Notes under the pieces: model-generated
What the model saw: the letters and a program-made list of their open reading frames with translations, nothing else
Told to the model about the DNA's origin: nothing
Database searches by the model: none
Source: Mytilus trossulus
Lineage: Eukaryota
Length of the DNA stretch: 64,000 nt
Direction of reading: 5' to 3'
NCBI RefSeq assembly: GCF_036588685.1
Contig: NC_086377.1
Span: 25,296,001-25,360,000 of the forward strand
Shown: piece by piece, positions 1-13,703 of the stretch
Position numbering within the stretch: the first letter of the stretch is position 1
Layout of the letters: each line of letters starts with the position of its first letter
Made by a program: the position numbers and the translations under genes

Positions 1-866
1 TTAAACATGTTAAATTCCATCACTGGTGTTGCCAAGTGAAATTTGTGTAAAACAGGCAGGGAAAATGCAAGTCTCTCTTGTGTTGGTATATATCATTTGT
101 ATGTACTAAGTGATCAATTACAGAATTGTACAAACAATATTATACTTATGAATGAACTGAAAGGAGCACTTATCATTCTTATAACAAAAGTGGTATGAAG
201 TGTTCATGCAATTATCCATTTGAGTTTAAGGAATAACAAGATGATCATACATTGTTGTTACTATTAAGACTAATTGTATTGTTCCTACATCAAAATGAAA
301 ATTTTTCAAGTTTCTTACTTAGGATTGTTGTAGTAGGTAAATCCATTTACCATGGACTCACCATTTGTTGGCCATTATTGAAAATACTGTTCTCTATTTG
401 TCAAATTTCCATTGTCAAAGATGTTGTTATTGACAGATACATATACGAGTAACAGTAAACCAACTAATTTTTGCATGCAATTTATTTTCACAACTTTTAA
501 GAGTAGAAAATATAATTGATATTGCAATCATAAGTTGTCCCAAGTATATATGTAAAACTTAGTTTACTTATTTATTAACATAAAAAAAATTAAATATTAG
601 ACAATTTATAGTAACTTTCTTCTATGGAACCATTTCAAATAAAGTTGTTGTATCATTTGAAGGTTCTGTAACAGTTGTTGATCTTTTTGGTGGTCTGATT
701 GGTCCAGACATTTTAGCAGATGCTGAATATATGATTCCTGGCCAAATTAATATAAAAGGACTGAATTGAGTTCTGAATTAATCCATTTCTGCAAGCTTCA
801 TCAGTTAAGATAATGTACATGTACCTATGTGTATACCATATATTAATTGTTTGATGTACATTGTAG

Positions 867-3800
867 GGACACGGCCGGTCAAGAGAGATTCAGAACCATT
901 ACAACAGCTTACTACAGAGGTGCTATGGTGAGCACATTTATTCTCCAACATGTGCAATAAGACACATTACACAAGTGTTGACTCTTATGATATAAAGGAG
1001 ATATGGTATAATTGCCTTTGAGACAACTGTCTACCAGAAACTAGAATTCTACTATAGGTTATCATACACTCACTTTGTCAGTCGCAGTGAGATAGTACTA
1101 TCTTACAATTGAAAAAAATCCATATGTTCTAGTCAGCTTTAAAAAGACCTCAACTTAAAAAAATGAAACAATTCAAACAAGACAATATAATAGAGCAATG
1201 ACCAATGTAGCTTCTACTTTTCTTAGAATTTAATCTCCCACCTTAAAAAAAAATCATGTTACATGAAATAAAAATGTTATTTTGGCTTTTGTAAAAGTCT
1301 GTTAAGAAGCTTTATGTTTATATTTAAGAATTTATGTTAACCCATTTATGTTTTATACATTTCAGGGTATTATGCTAGTTTATGACATCACAAATGAAAA
1401 ATCTTTTGAAAATATTAGAAACTGGATTAGAAATATTGAAGAGGTATGTGTGTTAGTGCATGAGTTATTTCCCTTTGTCAATTATTAGCTATCACTTAAT
1501 AAATTAAAATGCTTTCTGACAGTCAATTAGTAACAAATAGTATATAACAGGCTATTATTTGAACTTGGAATTAATTTTAATTATGGAATTTGCTTTATTT
1601 CTTGTGCTCGAATTTTTTTAATAAATTCCATGTTTATTTGGTACTATAATGTTTTGAGCGGATCATAACACTTTCCATACAATGTATTTTGTATAAATAG
1701 TGTTCACTCACTGTGCGCGGCACAGTACATTCTATTGAAAATGTGCTATCTTCTTTGTAATAGAAAGTGTTGTGCGCAGCACAGAACATTTGAGTACAGA
1801 ATTAACATGGAATTTATTAAAAATTTCCAGCACAAGAAATTATGCAAATTCCATAATTAAAAATAATTCCAAGTTCAAATAATAGCCTGTTATAGATTTA
1901 TGTGTATAAAATTCTACCCCCAACTTTAAAGAGATATAGATGAGTCCAACATAATAAATGATGATATCTTTTTCAAGGACGATATTATGGTTACCGATGA
2001 CCATAAATTTACCAATTATATTGTTATTGCATCTCCCGACAAAGTTTGCTTATTTAATTTTCCTTTCTTCCAACATTTTACTATTGTCTCGAAAATGGTT
2101 ATTTCCAAATTAAATAATACCTATGTTTTTATAAGTAATTGTTTTTATTACCCAGCATGCATCACAGGATGTGGAGAAGATGGTTTTAGGCAATAAATGT
2201 GATATGAATGACAGAAGAATGGTATCGAAAGAAAAAGGAGAAAAAGTATTTAACTCTAACAATAGAAAAACTTACATGCTAGAAAAAACTGAGAAAATTA
2301 GCATTGATTTAATAAGAAATCATAGAATTTAGTTTCTCAAAATGTTAAACAAGTAAACATAAGTACAAAAAAATAGTTAAATGAAAAACAGTATATGAGA
2401 TGTGACGTAAAGAAATCGACTATAATGCAAAAATATGTTAAAACATCTGTAAATCTTATTACTGTTGAAAAACAAAAATCTCTATGCTCTGTCTGTAAAT
2501 TGATTTGTTTTAAGAAAACTACTAAACAAACGAAAATTCATCTTTTATTTCATATTTGAATGTTCCTGTCAATGTATATAAATTTGTTCTACCTAACAGA
2601 AAATCGGATAGAACCTTTGTCATAAACAATATCATAATAACTATTCCTATTGGAACAAATATTCTATATTGTTTATTCCATTAGAAACATATACTGTAAT
2701 ATTTATTCCACTGGAAATGATATTCCAGAATATTGTTTCCACTTGGAACTTATATTATGAAGGATCTTCTATTCCCTGACATTCCAACATTTTTTAAAGT
2801 CTTATACTTGTATATGTATACGTACACTTGCATAAGGTCAATTTCTATTTGACCCAGCTCATATGTTGTACATGTGTACTCCGTGTCAATTTAAACAGTT
2901 GCTTCATCAAAACCTTAAGGTGGTACCCAACACTTTCACTCAAATAAATTTTGCTAGTTTAATTTTCATAAAATTTTGATATAGTATTTACTTTGACCCT
3001 TTAACAAAAATATAAAAAATTCAAAAATTTTGAACCAACCGTTTTGTCAGAATAATTACACTGGTTATATAGCATTTTGACAAACACTAATTTTGATCTT
3101 AAAGAAGCTTAATATTCTCTTAACAACACAACGTAATTAAAACGTTTAGCTGATTTTACAAAGTTATCTCCCTGTAGTGTTAGGTACCACCTTAAATAAC
3201 ATAAACACATTTTTGTGGATATCAGTTCCAATTACCTATGTCATACAAGTGGAATTTAATTAATGTTATGTACAGTTAATGAAATACCATCTTCAGTATT
3301 TCAAAAGGGCTATCTTTATTCAATCTGACAACAAAATAGTTGTCCTTTAGATACATTGTTTTATGCAGCAGTATTTCTTTTCATAGAATTATACCTTTGC
3401 TAAATACCTGTCAAAAAAGTACATTTATTCAATAAATTATTATGAAAATATAGGTCATCATATTGCCTTCAAAAATTAGTAGAACCATACAGTATAGTAA
3501 GCCATAATAGACTCCTTGATGACAAAATATAAAACAATTCAAATGATTGAACAGAGCCTCATTTATTCTTCAACAATGAGGAAAAAATAACAAGGGCAGA
3601 CAGCAACCAAATAAAACTACTGAATTATGAACTCCTGGCTTGGGACAAGTACCTAAAGAATGAGTTTCAGTTAAACAATGCAAGCATGTACATGTATTTC
3701 TTACTTTCAGCTGCTTACTTTGATTGGTTTTATACTTTGAGGTTATATTTTAATTTGATATATTTTAGTTAGCAATTGAGCATGGTATAAAGTTTATGGA

Positions 3801-6800
3801 AACTAGTGCTAAAGCCAGTATTAATGTAGAAGAGTCTTTCTTTACCTTGGCAAGAGATATCAAGGCTAAAATGGATAAAAAATTGGTAAGATATCGCAAT
3901 TAAATCAAATTTAACTTGATATATTATGCTATATAAGATCTCTAGAAAAGTTAAAACAGCATATTTCCTATAGAACATAACTAAACGTTAGCATACAATA
4001 ATATATGTCAATGCTCAAGTTAATGACATCATAAGTGACAAAAATATGATTTTGACAGTTTCTCGATCTTTACTGTACAATTGAAGGGTAACTGCATGAA
4101 TATTATTGGATATTATTGCCTGTAGACTATACATTGCAGTAACAAGCTCATGTGATATAAAATATCTACTAGGGTCAATATTGACCAATAATTATGCAGT
4201 AACCCTATGCAATTAAGGATAATTGAAATTACTGAAAGATTTCTGACAATACAACATAAAACAACTGACAGCCTGTATACAATATATTAAACATTTGTAA
4301 GGTACTGCGGAACCCAGTGTCTCGCCTACTTTTGCTGTATACTGCAGGCTTAACAAAAATGAGGAAAAAAATCAATAAAATTATTCCTCTTGATACTATC
4401 TTATGATTGTAAGAAGCTTCTGTACAAGTTTGGTAAACATCTAGGATAGTTAAAGAATCTAATAGATGTTTTGAAAACTTTAACGGCAGACTGTATGTAA
4501 TGTTAACTGGAAGAAAATCTAAGTCCATTTAAAAGTAAAGTACAGAAAAAATGGAGTTATCTTTTTACAAACTTTACTTCTGGATACTATCTTATGATCA
4601 TAAATAAGCTTTTGTCCAAGTTTGGTACAAACCCAGAATAGAATAAGAAAGTAATTAAAATTTTAAAAACTTTAACAACAGAGTGAATGTTATGTTTCCC
4701 CGCAGAAAAACTAAGTCCATTTACAATGTAAAAGTAAAAATGGAAAAAAATGGATTTATTTTTTTACAAAATTTACTTCTGGATACTATTTTATGATCAT
4801 AAACAAGCTTCTGTCCAAGTTTGGTAGAAATCCAGTATAGTTTAAGAAAGTTATTAAAATTTCAAAAACTTTAACCACAGAGTGAATATTTGTGGACGCT
4901 GCCGCCAACGACACTGATGACGACGGAATGTAGGATTGCCTAGTCTAAAATCGAAGGCTTGACAAAAATTAATAAACAACAACCACACCATAGGACCTTT
5001 AACAATGAGTAAAATCAAACCTTGTAGAAAGCCAAGATATACTCCTCAAGCACAAAATGTAAAACAAGATAGCCTTAACTTATTTACCGTATGACAATTT
5101 TTGCATTGAATAAAATAGATTATGTTTTTTTTTATTTTTTGAACATTTTTGCTTTTAAGGTCTTAAATCTAAACAATGAGTAAAATCAAACCTTGTAGAA
5201 AGCCAAGATATACTCCTCAAGCACAAAATGTAAAACAAGATAGCCTTAACTTATTTACCGTATGACAATTTTTGCATTGAATAAAATAGATCATGTTTTT
5301 TTTTATTTTTTGAACATTTTTGCTTTTAAGGTCTTAAATCTATATTTTCTTTGACTTGCTAGTCAATGACATCAATTATATCAATCCTGAATGAAATTAA
5401 AGTTCTATGGCTGTTCTCATGGTTGAAATTAAGTTTAAACATTAAAGATTTTAATATTTTGTAGAAAATGGGAGTAAGTGATATTCATCTTCAATAGCAA
5501 ATCTGACATCAATTAACATAGTTACTTATAAACAAATATAACACTAGTACTCTATCTATATTTGTATACACACATATTCTCCAGCCAAAGTTAGATTTAC
5601 TGTTTTATTACACTAAAATCACACATAACAAGTATATCTGGAAACAAGCGGTGCATGTTTTGAAATATTCTTACTATTCTTTTTGTGATTTCATTCTTAC
5701 AGACACCTTTTACACATGTTAGTAGTTATAAGCGTGGGTATTCACATCAACAAAATGCAGATACAGTGAAAACAGAGAATCACACAAATAATTATCTGTT
5801 GGTCATTCCCTGGTTCTGACCATTTTTCTTTCCAAAATCAAGTTTTGGGTCTAATAAAATGAATTTTACCATAAATTGTTCACATGATATTGAAACAAAG
5901 TGCACATGTTCATTACAATATTAACTTATGAATTAAACACCGTTTTGCATAATCCATTGTATTGCAATGGCAATTGGAATATCAAACAAAAGTTTGCTTT
6001 AAACGATGGCCAACACAAATGTTTTAAGTGGTAAAAGAAGACTCTAATCTTAATGAATTGTCCTTGATGATAACTGGCGAAAATATTTTCACAAATAAGG
6101 CTGGTCTATTAGTTTACATTTTGTATACTGGTTCCCCTGTATCTGCATGAGTTGATTGGTTGAAGCTTTTATTTCAATAAAAACACTGTATATTCAGATT
6201 ATAATATACATTAATCACATTATGGTAGATCAAACAATTTAAACTTTAAGCAATTAATTATGATTTCTTGAAGGAAAATTTGTGAATTTTCTTATGGTAG
6301 ATCTTAAATATCTATGAACTGGACTGTTATTCTGTATATCATGTGTTTATATGACAAGTAACAATAAGAACTACAAAATATTGATTATTTTAAAAGGCAC
6401 ACGACCATATTTTAAGTGCAGTAAGTCGACTTTGAACAACTTGCGCTACCTAGCTTTATAAAATAATATCATAAAATCTGCTTTACACATACTCTGTTTT
6501 CTGAAGATCAAAAATTAAATGAAATTTCTGCCAATTTATTGCAAAGTGTCTTTAAAATCAAATTTCTTAGTCTAATGTCTTCTTTAATGACCATATATTT
6601 TACTAGGACACACAAATAATTTTCTCCTTTTCTGACCTTATCTATTTCTTATCTGTATTTCAGGCCTAGAAATATATTGCTGTTTCACTTAGCCTTACTA
6701 GAATAAGCATTTTTTTAGTTTATAAAAATGTATGATATAATAAATAATAATTAACATGGCATATGGGTTCAATACAGCATTGATAAACAAACTTCAGTAA

Positions 6801-9139
6801 TGGCCAATATCAATAAATACTGATTATGATATGAACAAAAGCATCATGCAGTTTTATCCCTAGTATTTTCAAATAGCATTATTTTCCTTAAATTGTAGCC
6901 CACATTTACAAAACATTGTATTTTAAAATTTATTAAAAATATAGCAACATTGTGAATACAAATAGTAACATGGTAAAAAATATAGCACCATGGTAGAAAG
7001 TGGGGAGAACACTATGTTGTTCACAAATATTACATTTATTTTTAAGAAATAAGTTTAAAAGCCTTGTTTTTATCATGAATATAAATGCCTTCACAGTCCT
7101 TTCATGTTAGCCATCTACCTGTACTCTTCTGTGCAGCAAAGTAATACACATACCTTTCAATGAAATAAGTCAATGTTAGGAAGAGTTACTTCTCTTTTGT
7201 CACCAAATTCAACTTGTCATACTCTTTATAGCTTGCTGTTCAGTGTGAGCCAAGGCTCCTTGTTGAAAGCCGTACCTTGACCTATAATGGTTTACTTTTA
7301 AAATTTGTTAGTTAGATGGTGAGTTGTCTCATAGGCACTCATACCACATCTTTCTATACCAAATTAAGAAAAAGTTTTTTTTACTGAACAATTTATTCTG
7401 CTAGTCTTGCTTTATTCATCACTATGATCAAATGCAGATCTCTTATAAGATGTGTGTATCGCATATATTTAATTTTGCTTGTCAAATAAAAAAATCTAAA
7501 ATTAATCTTTTCAAAATGGTGGCCAAGGGAAGTAACTCATGGTGGGCAAGGGAAGTAATTCAAACTGTAATTTTGATTTATAATGAATTATTTAGCAGGA
7601 ATGTGTATTATTTTGATCAGATAATGTAAAAGGATATCAACAAATGCTTAAAACATATACAGCTTCATACATTCATGCAAGCTAATTATGAAGTCAAATA
7701 TCAAAAAAGAATTTGATGATTTGCTGTGATACTTTTGATGTTGGCTTAAGGGCATACGATACAGTTACAGGGGAGGTAATGACGTCGCTAACGTAAAATG
7801 TTATGTTCGTGACGTCAAACTGTGACATATTGGGAAAAGATGAATTTTTTGCCTGATTTTTATCATTCAAACTGATTTAAATTGAAAACGAGTTCATGGA
7901 CCCCTATTTTTCAAAACGGCAATTTGTTTCATTTAGCAGGGAGATTATGTGATCCAAATTTTATAAAACTGTAAACAGAGGATTTTTTTGAATTTTGATA
8001 AACATGCAGTAAAAAATGACGTTTTTTCCTCAATTCATGAACATTTGATAAATGTGAGTTATTTCTGAATAAAAAATCACAGATTTTTTTAGGATACTTA
8101 TCAAAAACAGAAATTACCGATTATTTAACATAAAACAATTTGTTTTTATCTTTTATAACAAAAAGGTTATGTCTTTCTTTCGAAAAAGAAATTACGGCCA
8201 CTAATCTGAATTTTGAGCAAATATACAAAATTTCGACCTAATTTTACTCAAAAAGTAGCACATGAAGGTATATTTTTTATTACATATTTGATTTAATCAG
8301 GTAAAAAATAGCCATTATGCAAATTTTCATGAACTTGTTAATACAGGATCAAAACTGTATCGTATGCCCTTAAAGCTATAAAATACATGCAGATCAATTA
8401 CAGCTAGATTGTAGTAATGATGTAAGGGAGATAATTTGTTTTTTTATTGCTAAAGTTATGATGTAGGGGAGATAATTCTATCTAATATTTAAATAATAAT
8501 AGTCATAGAGGATCATTATTATAACATGTGCTCTTACATATATCTGCTATAAAGGCTTCAACTTATTTATTAGCAGCCTCTTTCAGATTACTATATTATA
8601 CTTGCAAGTAGGGAATTTATCAAGTTAAAGCAGTGGTTAATGATTTAAAATGTAGACACGAAAGGACGAGTTTGTAGAATTGCACATGAGTGCATCAGAT
8701 TAGAGGATATTCTGGTTGTTATAAATAAACTCATCATAGATAACAGGATGGAAATTTTGTTGTTGTGTCAGGCCCGTTTCATCTACAAAAGACTCATCAG
8801 TGATGCTTGAATAAAAAAATAGTTCAAAAAGCCTAATAAAGTATGAAGTTGAAGAGCATTGAGCACCAACAATTTGAAAAAAGACATGTTGAAATAATGT
8901 ATAATTTAGATTGTTTAAAAAGTAGTAATACAATTTATTTCAAGAAAGCTAACTGTATGAGTAGTTTTAAAGGACTGTGTTTTTCTGTATTGACAAAATG
9001 TATTTTTTGTTTACACATATATTTGTAATTTTAACATGTGTATCTATTTTTTCAGGAATCTTCGAGTGCACAAAACAAAGGACACAAATTAAATGAAAAA
9101 ACTCCTCAAAAATCAAGATGGAGATGTACAATACTTTGA
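867..9139 (+). CDS. RAB8: Ras-related protein Rab-8, 3' five coding exons (5' exons lie upstream of the window)
   Basis: GT-AG exons: 867-927 ([21 protein letters not shown]), 1366-1443 ([26 protein letters not shown]), 2156-2245 ([30 protein letters not shown]), 3769-3885 ([39 protein letters not shown]), 9056-9139 ([27 protein letters not shown]). G3, G4 and G5 motifs present, phases compatible, and a single-Cys CaaX end typical of Rab8/13. Confidence 0.95.
1543..1894. mobile_element. Foldback MITE in Rab8 intron with ~100-bp terminal inverted repeats
   Basis: TATAACAGGCTATTATTTGAACTTGGAATTA... at 1543 is mirrored by ...TAATTCCAAGTTCAAATAATAGCCTGTTATA ending at 1894. TA at both ends. Confidence 0.85.
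2919..3191. mobile_element. Non-autonomous TTAA-targeting DNA transposon (Kolobok-like)
   Basis: TTAA at 2915-2918 and 3192-3195. 16-bp TIR GGTGGTACC(C/T)AACACT with 1 mismatch. Purine-purine 5' terminus fits Kolobok better than piggyBac. Confidence 0.8.
4079..4214. repeat. Short degenerate palindromic (foldback) element
   Basis: AATTGAAGGGTAACTGCATGAATATTATTGG pairs imperfectly with CCAATAATTATGCAGTAACCCTATGCAATT. Confidence 0.55.
4290..4968 (-). mobile_element. Helentron/HINE-like non-autonomous element with internal tandem repeats
   Basis: About 3 copies of a ~190-200 bp unit (GATACTATCTTATGATCATAAACAAGCTTCTGTCCAAGTTTGGTA at ~4392, ~4582, ~4782) and a degenerate (GAC)n tract at 4895-4926 near one end. 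Boundaries approximate. Confidence 0.55.
5001..5342. repeat. 171-bp direct tandem duplication (2 copies)
   Basis: 5001-5171 and 5172-5342 differ by one visible substitution (GATTATG vs GATCATG). Confidence 0.9.
7750..8369. mobile_element. Non-autonomous Kolobok-like transposon, copy 1
   Basis: Perfect 17-bp TIR GGGCATACGATACAGTT. TTAA at 7746-7749 and 8370-8373. Second full copy at 41537-42152. Confidence 0.9.
8720..8880 (+). repeat. Dispersed repeat family A (AACTCATCATAGATACCAGG...CTACAAAAGACTCATCAGTGACGCT)
   Basis: Related copies at ~43905-44200 (+), ~55230-55490 (+), ~31930-32195 (-), ~21180-21250 (-), ~39000-39230 (-). Confidence 0.7.
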
Positions 9140-11222
9140 AGAAATATCATTGGTTAATACAGTCATGTGATTCCCATAACACCATTTGATTGGCAAGGTT
9201 TAGCATTTCTAAATCAACCAGCCAATACAAGAACCAGCTTTTATCATTTGATACGCATCTGGCCTTTAATTGGTCAGCCAGAGACAAATCAACATACATC
9301 ATTATGTAAATAAGTTCATGAATATTCATGAGTTATGTAAGATTGCTCACTAGTTGATTTATCTTGACATCAAATAAAATGAGCTTCCAGCCCAGTCAAA
9401 AAGGAATGAGAGAGAAATAAAATAACACCCTCAAAAGATATAGGGTGTTGAATTTTCTAAAGTTTTTTTCTGATAACTTTTTTTTTATATATGAAAACAG
9501 GGTATTATGTCAAACCAAATGCATTTGAAGGAAAAAAAGGGGCAAATTGATTTTTTAGTTGAGTTTTAAAAAATAGTTCATTTATTTTTATTTTAGCATT
9601 GAATTATAACAATATGAGAATTTTGTTAAAGATTCTTTAAACTATAAATAGTTTTAGTAGTTCATCTTTGTTTTAACAGAATAGGAGATACTTGTTAAGA
9701 ACATTATTGCTCAAAATCAATGGCAATAAAGCTGAAAAGAACTTAATATAAAGAATTTTTTTAAATTGACTTGATCTTTATAGTCATAAAATTTGTAGCA
9801 TAATACAAACACTTGCCAGATAATTCAAATTAAAATACTGTCTTATTAAATGGTTAAGGATGTAATACACTGCAAAAACAGTGTCGAATTTTTGTTTGTA
9901 GATTTTACTGGTTCCAATTTTTCTTTGCCTTCTTTTTATTCAGGATCAGTGCATTTAAAAAAACATACAGTCTTCAAAATTATTTTTTCCGAATTAATTT
10001 TTTCATGCTTGAGTTATTTTGTGATAGATATCAGATTGCAAATCTGTTTTGAGTGTAATAATCAATGTAAGAGTGTATGTGTGCTATTTTCTAAGAATAA
10101 GGAATATTTTGTGTGCAAAAGTATGAAAGTATGACCCTTAACCTTGGTTGTGTTTTTTTCTGAATTAGTACATATATGTGAATATTGCACAGTCTGATAG
10201 AAGATACCGTGTTATTTAAACTCTAACTTTGATAATTGAAAACAAAAACCTGACTTTTGTTAATAGCCTCCAAATTGTCCATGCTGTAATCTACTCTTGA
10301 CAAAATATAAAGATTAAATAGATTTTAATTTGTTAAATATTTGTTATTTATGGCTGATGACTTGAAAAGCCTCAATATTGTAATTTTCTCTTGGAAGATA
10401 TCCTGAAGGGTGAAAATATCAAGAGTAAGAAAGTCATGCTTTTGTTTTTGTTATTTATGACTTAAAGGTAGGGCTGGCAGCTCATTTTGCATTATCACTA
10501 CATAATTATATATGTGCTTCCTTTAACTTATATTTCACCTGAAAATCAAGAATTCTGTCCTAACCAAACCATGTCTAAACTAAACATGTCATCTAGATTT
10601 CACAAGATTAATTATTAAAGAATTGTCACCTTTTGTCCTGATAGAAGGTCAATAGGGCAACTATCAGGTCAAGGCAAGGGACAAAAATGCAGACAAAAAC
10701 AGATCAGCATATTGCCTTTAACAATGAACAAAACCAATACTTTATAAAAAGGCCTGGAATGACAAAACTGAAATGATTTGAAATAGAAAACCAAATGCTT
10801 TATTTATACTTCAAAAACTATTTTTTTATGAGTTACAATTAAAGATACCAAATATGTAACAATCTTGTGGCACTTGAATTTGGTGGTGTTACAACTTATT
10901 ATAAGACCTCATGTGATAATCAATTTAAAAGGAGGTACCTAAGCACAAACGAATGATAAAAATACTTTATTTTACACATGGTTTGGGTAAGACAGGTTTG
11001 ACTGTGCTTTCTTGCTTTTATGATTTATAGATTTACAGTAAATATTCACCATTTGTAAATAGTACTCTATGATGCAGCTACTAGTATATTATATTGGCCT
11101 TTTCTGTTATACCTAACTGTCTGACAGAAATAATTGTACAATTGTATGTGAACATCTACTTTTGTTTTGAAACTAAAATACATGTTTTAGCATACAAATC
11201 ATCATGATTAATTTGTTCTCAT

Positions 11223-11552
11223 CAGGGTTCTCACTAAGGCGAGTCCATGAGTTCTGGACTAATCAAAATCTGCCTGGACTCACTATTTTCAAAACTAGTG
11301 AGTTCACAGATGCACCAAGATTGAAATATTTTGTTTAAACTGAACACAGTTAAACACAAATATCACCATTTTTATAGCAAAAGTTTAAAAGTGATCTGAA
11401 TGTAATGTCATTTCATTGCTCTGTTAGGAAATGGGGACTAAAATATTACATTGTATTGCAATAAAATATTTTCTTCTTGCTGTTGGACTCATCATGGCTA
11501 AAAATGACCGAGTCCCTGGACTCGCCTTCAAACATCCTTAGCGAGAACCCTG
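11223..11552. mobile_element. hAT-like MITE
   Basis: TIR CAGGGTTCTC(A/G)CTAAGG / CCTTAGCGAGAACCCTG, repeated subterminal GAGTCC/GGACTC motifs, and flanks CTCAT / CTTAT (imperfect 5-bp TSD). Confidence 0.7.
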
Positions 11553-12651
11553 CTTATGTGGAGCTATTGAAATATTAAAATGTCATTTGACAGTCATGTG
11601 GCAGTTTCTTATTTCTTTTCATTGTAATAATTCAAAAATTTGAAAGAGGTTTTAATTTATGAGCGTGTTATTATGTAAATGTCCAGGGAGATTTCTAGTG
11701 AAAAAATATGTGAAACTATTTTGCATTTAATTATTAGCTTCAATAGAAGACTTATTTGTAATCTTCAACTTCATCAACAGAAATTTTGTTTTTGTTATCA
11801 TTCACTTAATTATTTAAGTTTTCACTTCAGGTTGTCTTCTATTAAATTAGTAAGAGCTGTCTCTCTTTTATAAAGGTATATTTTCAGGAAGACATGTTAT
11901 TTTAGACAAAAAAGTGCAAAATTAGGAATTGAAGTTTGCTTATGTAGTAAACCTTAAAACTTTATGGAATCTTTCTCAACTTAAGATATGATTCACTAAA
12001 AAAGGAGCAAAATCTGAAATTGAAATTCCTAAAAAGTTCTATTTGGTATTTTTCTCAAATGCACAATATGGTTCAATCAAACATTTTCTTGTGTTATATG
12101 CACTGTGAAATTGGCTGATTCATCTATTCAATCCCTTCATTAAACATCTTTGGAAAATCAACTTTCGGGTGCGAGAATTCTCACTACATTGAAGACCCAC
12201 TGGTGGCCTTCGGCTGTTGTCTGCTCTATGGTTGGTTTGTTGTCGCTTTGACACATTCCCCATATCCTATCTCAATTTTATCACTATCATTCAGTGTAAA
12301 AGTAATTCATGGTCAATCTGTTTTGGGTGTACTGCACTGGACACATGTAGCGAATAAAACTCAGTTGGGACCATGTGCACCAACATTTAGATCAATGCCT
12401 CAGGTTTGAATTTTTAGATTGTACTTAAATATTTAAGAACCCCTGTATTCAATCATTTCTTCAAGAAATCTTTACATCATTAGCACCGATCTATATATAA
12501 TTTCTGCTTTGAAAAAACATGACTCATGCAATTTAATGAATGGTAATTATGCAAAGGTTGTTTGACTACAAATTATAAGAATGTATTGTTTTGAAAGGGA
12601 GGGAGAGTTTAATATAGAAATATATTCATTTCAATTCTATTTGAATAGATA

Positions 12652-12922
12652 CACTACAGCTCGGGTGGATTTTGCTTTGTCCACCTGCTCACCATGGGAG
12701 TGAGCACCTGGTCCCGGTGGGCAAAATTTCTAGCTTGTCCACTCTGCCAACCCATAGGAGTGGGCATGCAATTTCTTTTGTTTAATCAAAAAATCAAAAG
12801 AAAAAAGCAGATAAGCATTTGTTATCACTATTTTTACAAAAAAGAGATTATAGCTAGGGTGGGCACGGTGGACTGCCCACGTTGGGCCGGTGGAAAAAGC
12901 AAAATCCATCCGAGCTGTTGTG
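12652..12922. mobile_element. TA-flanked MITE, copy 1
   Basis: ~34-bp TIR CAC(T/A)ACAGCTCGG(G/A)TGGATTTTGCTTT(G/T)TCCACC with TA on both sides. Second copy at ~59787-60065. Confidence 0.85.
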
Positions 12923-13703
12923 TATGAATAATAAATGTCTCATTAGTTTAATAGTAGTGCTTATTTTGCATAATGAAATTAAGGGTAATTAGTATTTTGA
13001 GATGCAGATAATATTTCTTAGATAAACTTGGTGGAGATTTTAATTTATTAAAAACTAAGAAATTACATATTAGCAAACAATTTGTTTCTGTTTACCAGTA
13101 TACTAGTTATAATAAGTATGTAATTTTGCCTATAGTGATGTTACAAATAATTGTCAGAAAACTTGTTCTTCAACCTTTTGTTTTAATGTAATAATGATAA
13201 AAATAAATTTTTGGTTGTTTATCTTAATCTACCAACCAAAGGCCATTAATTGAAATTGTTTATGATTTATTTTTTAAAACACTGTACACTTCAGATTCTT
13301 ATTTGAAAAGTTTAATTTTGACACATACTTTTTGTTTCATTTGTATATACATGTAGCAGGGTCTGCTAATATTCTGGACACTTTTGTTACACAGTAAATG
13401 ACATATTAATTTTATTTTATTTAAATTTCAAGCCAGGTCCAGTATCTTTATAATAAAAACAGAAAAAGAAGGCAACATATCACTCATCTTTACAGTTGGC
13501 ATTATTTAACCTGGATAACAAATTGAAGTAAATTAAAAGAAACACTCATGGAGAAAGTGATATTTGATTTTATTTGGATATTTGGTAATAGTAAATCAGA
13601 TATTATTGCTAGTTTTTTTTATTAACATGAAAAATGCTACTAGTTAATATCGCAGTATTAAGAACTCACATATCAGCATGCTGTGATCTTGCATTTTTGT
13701 CTA

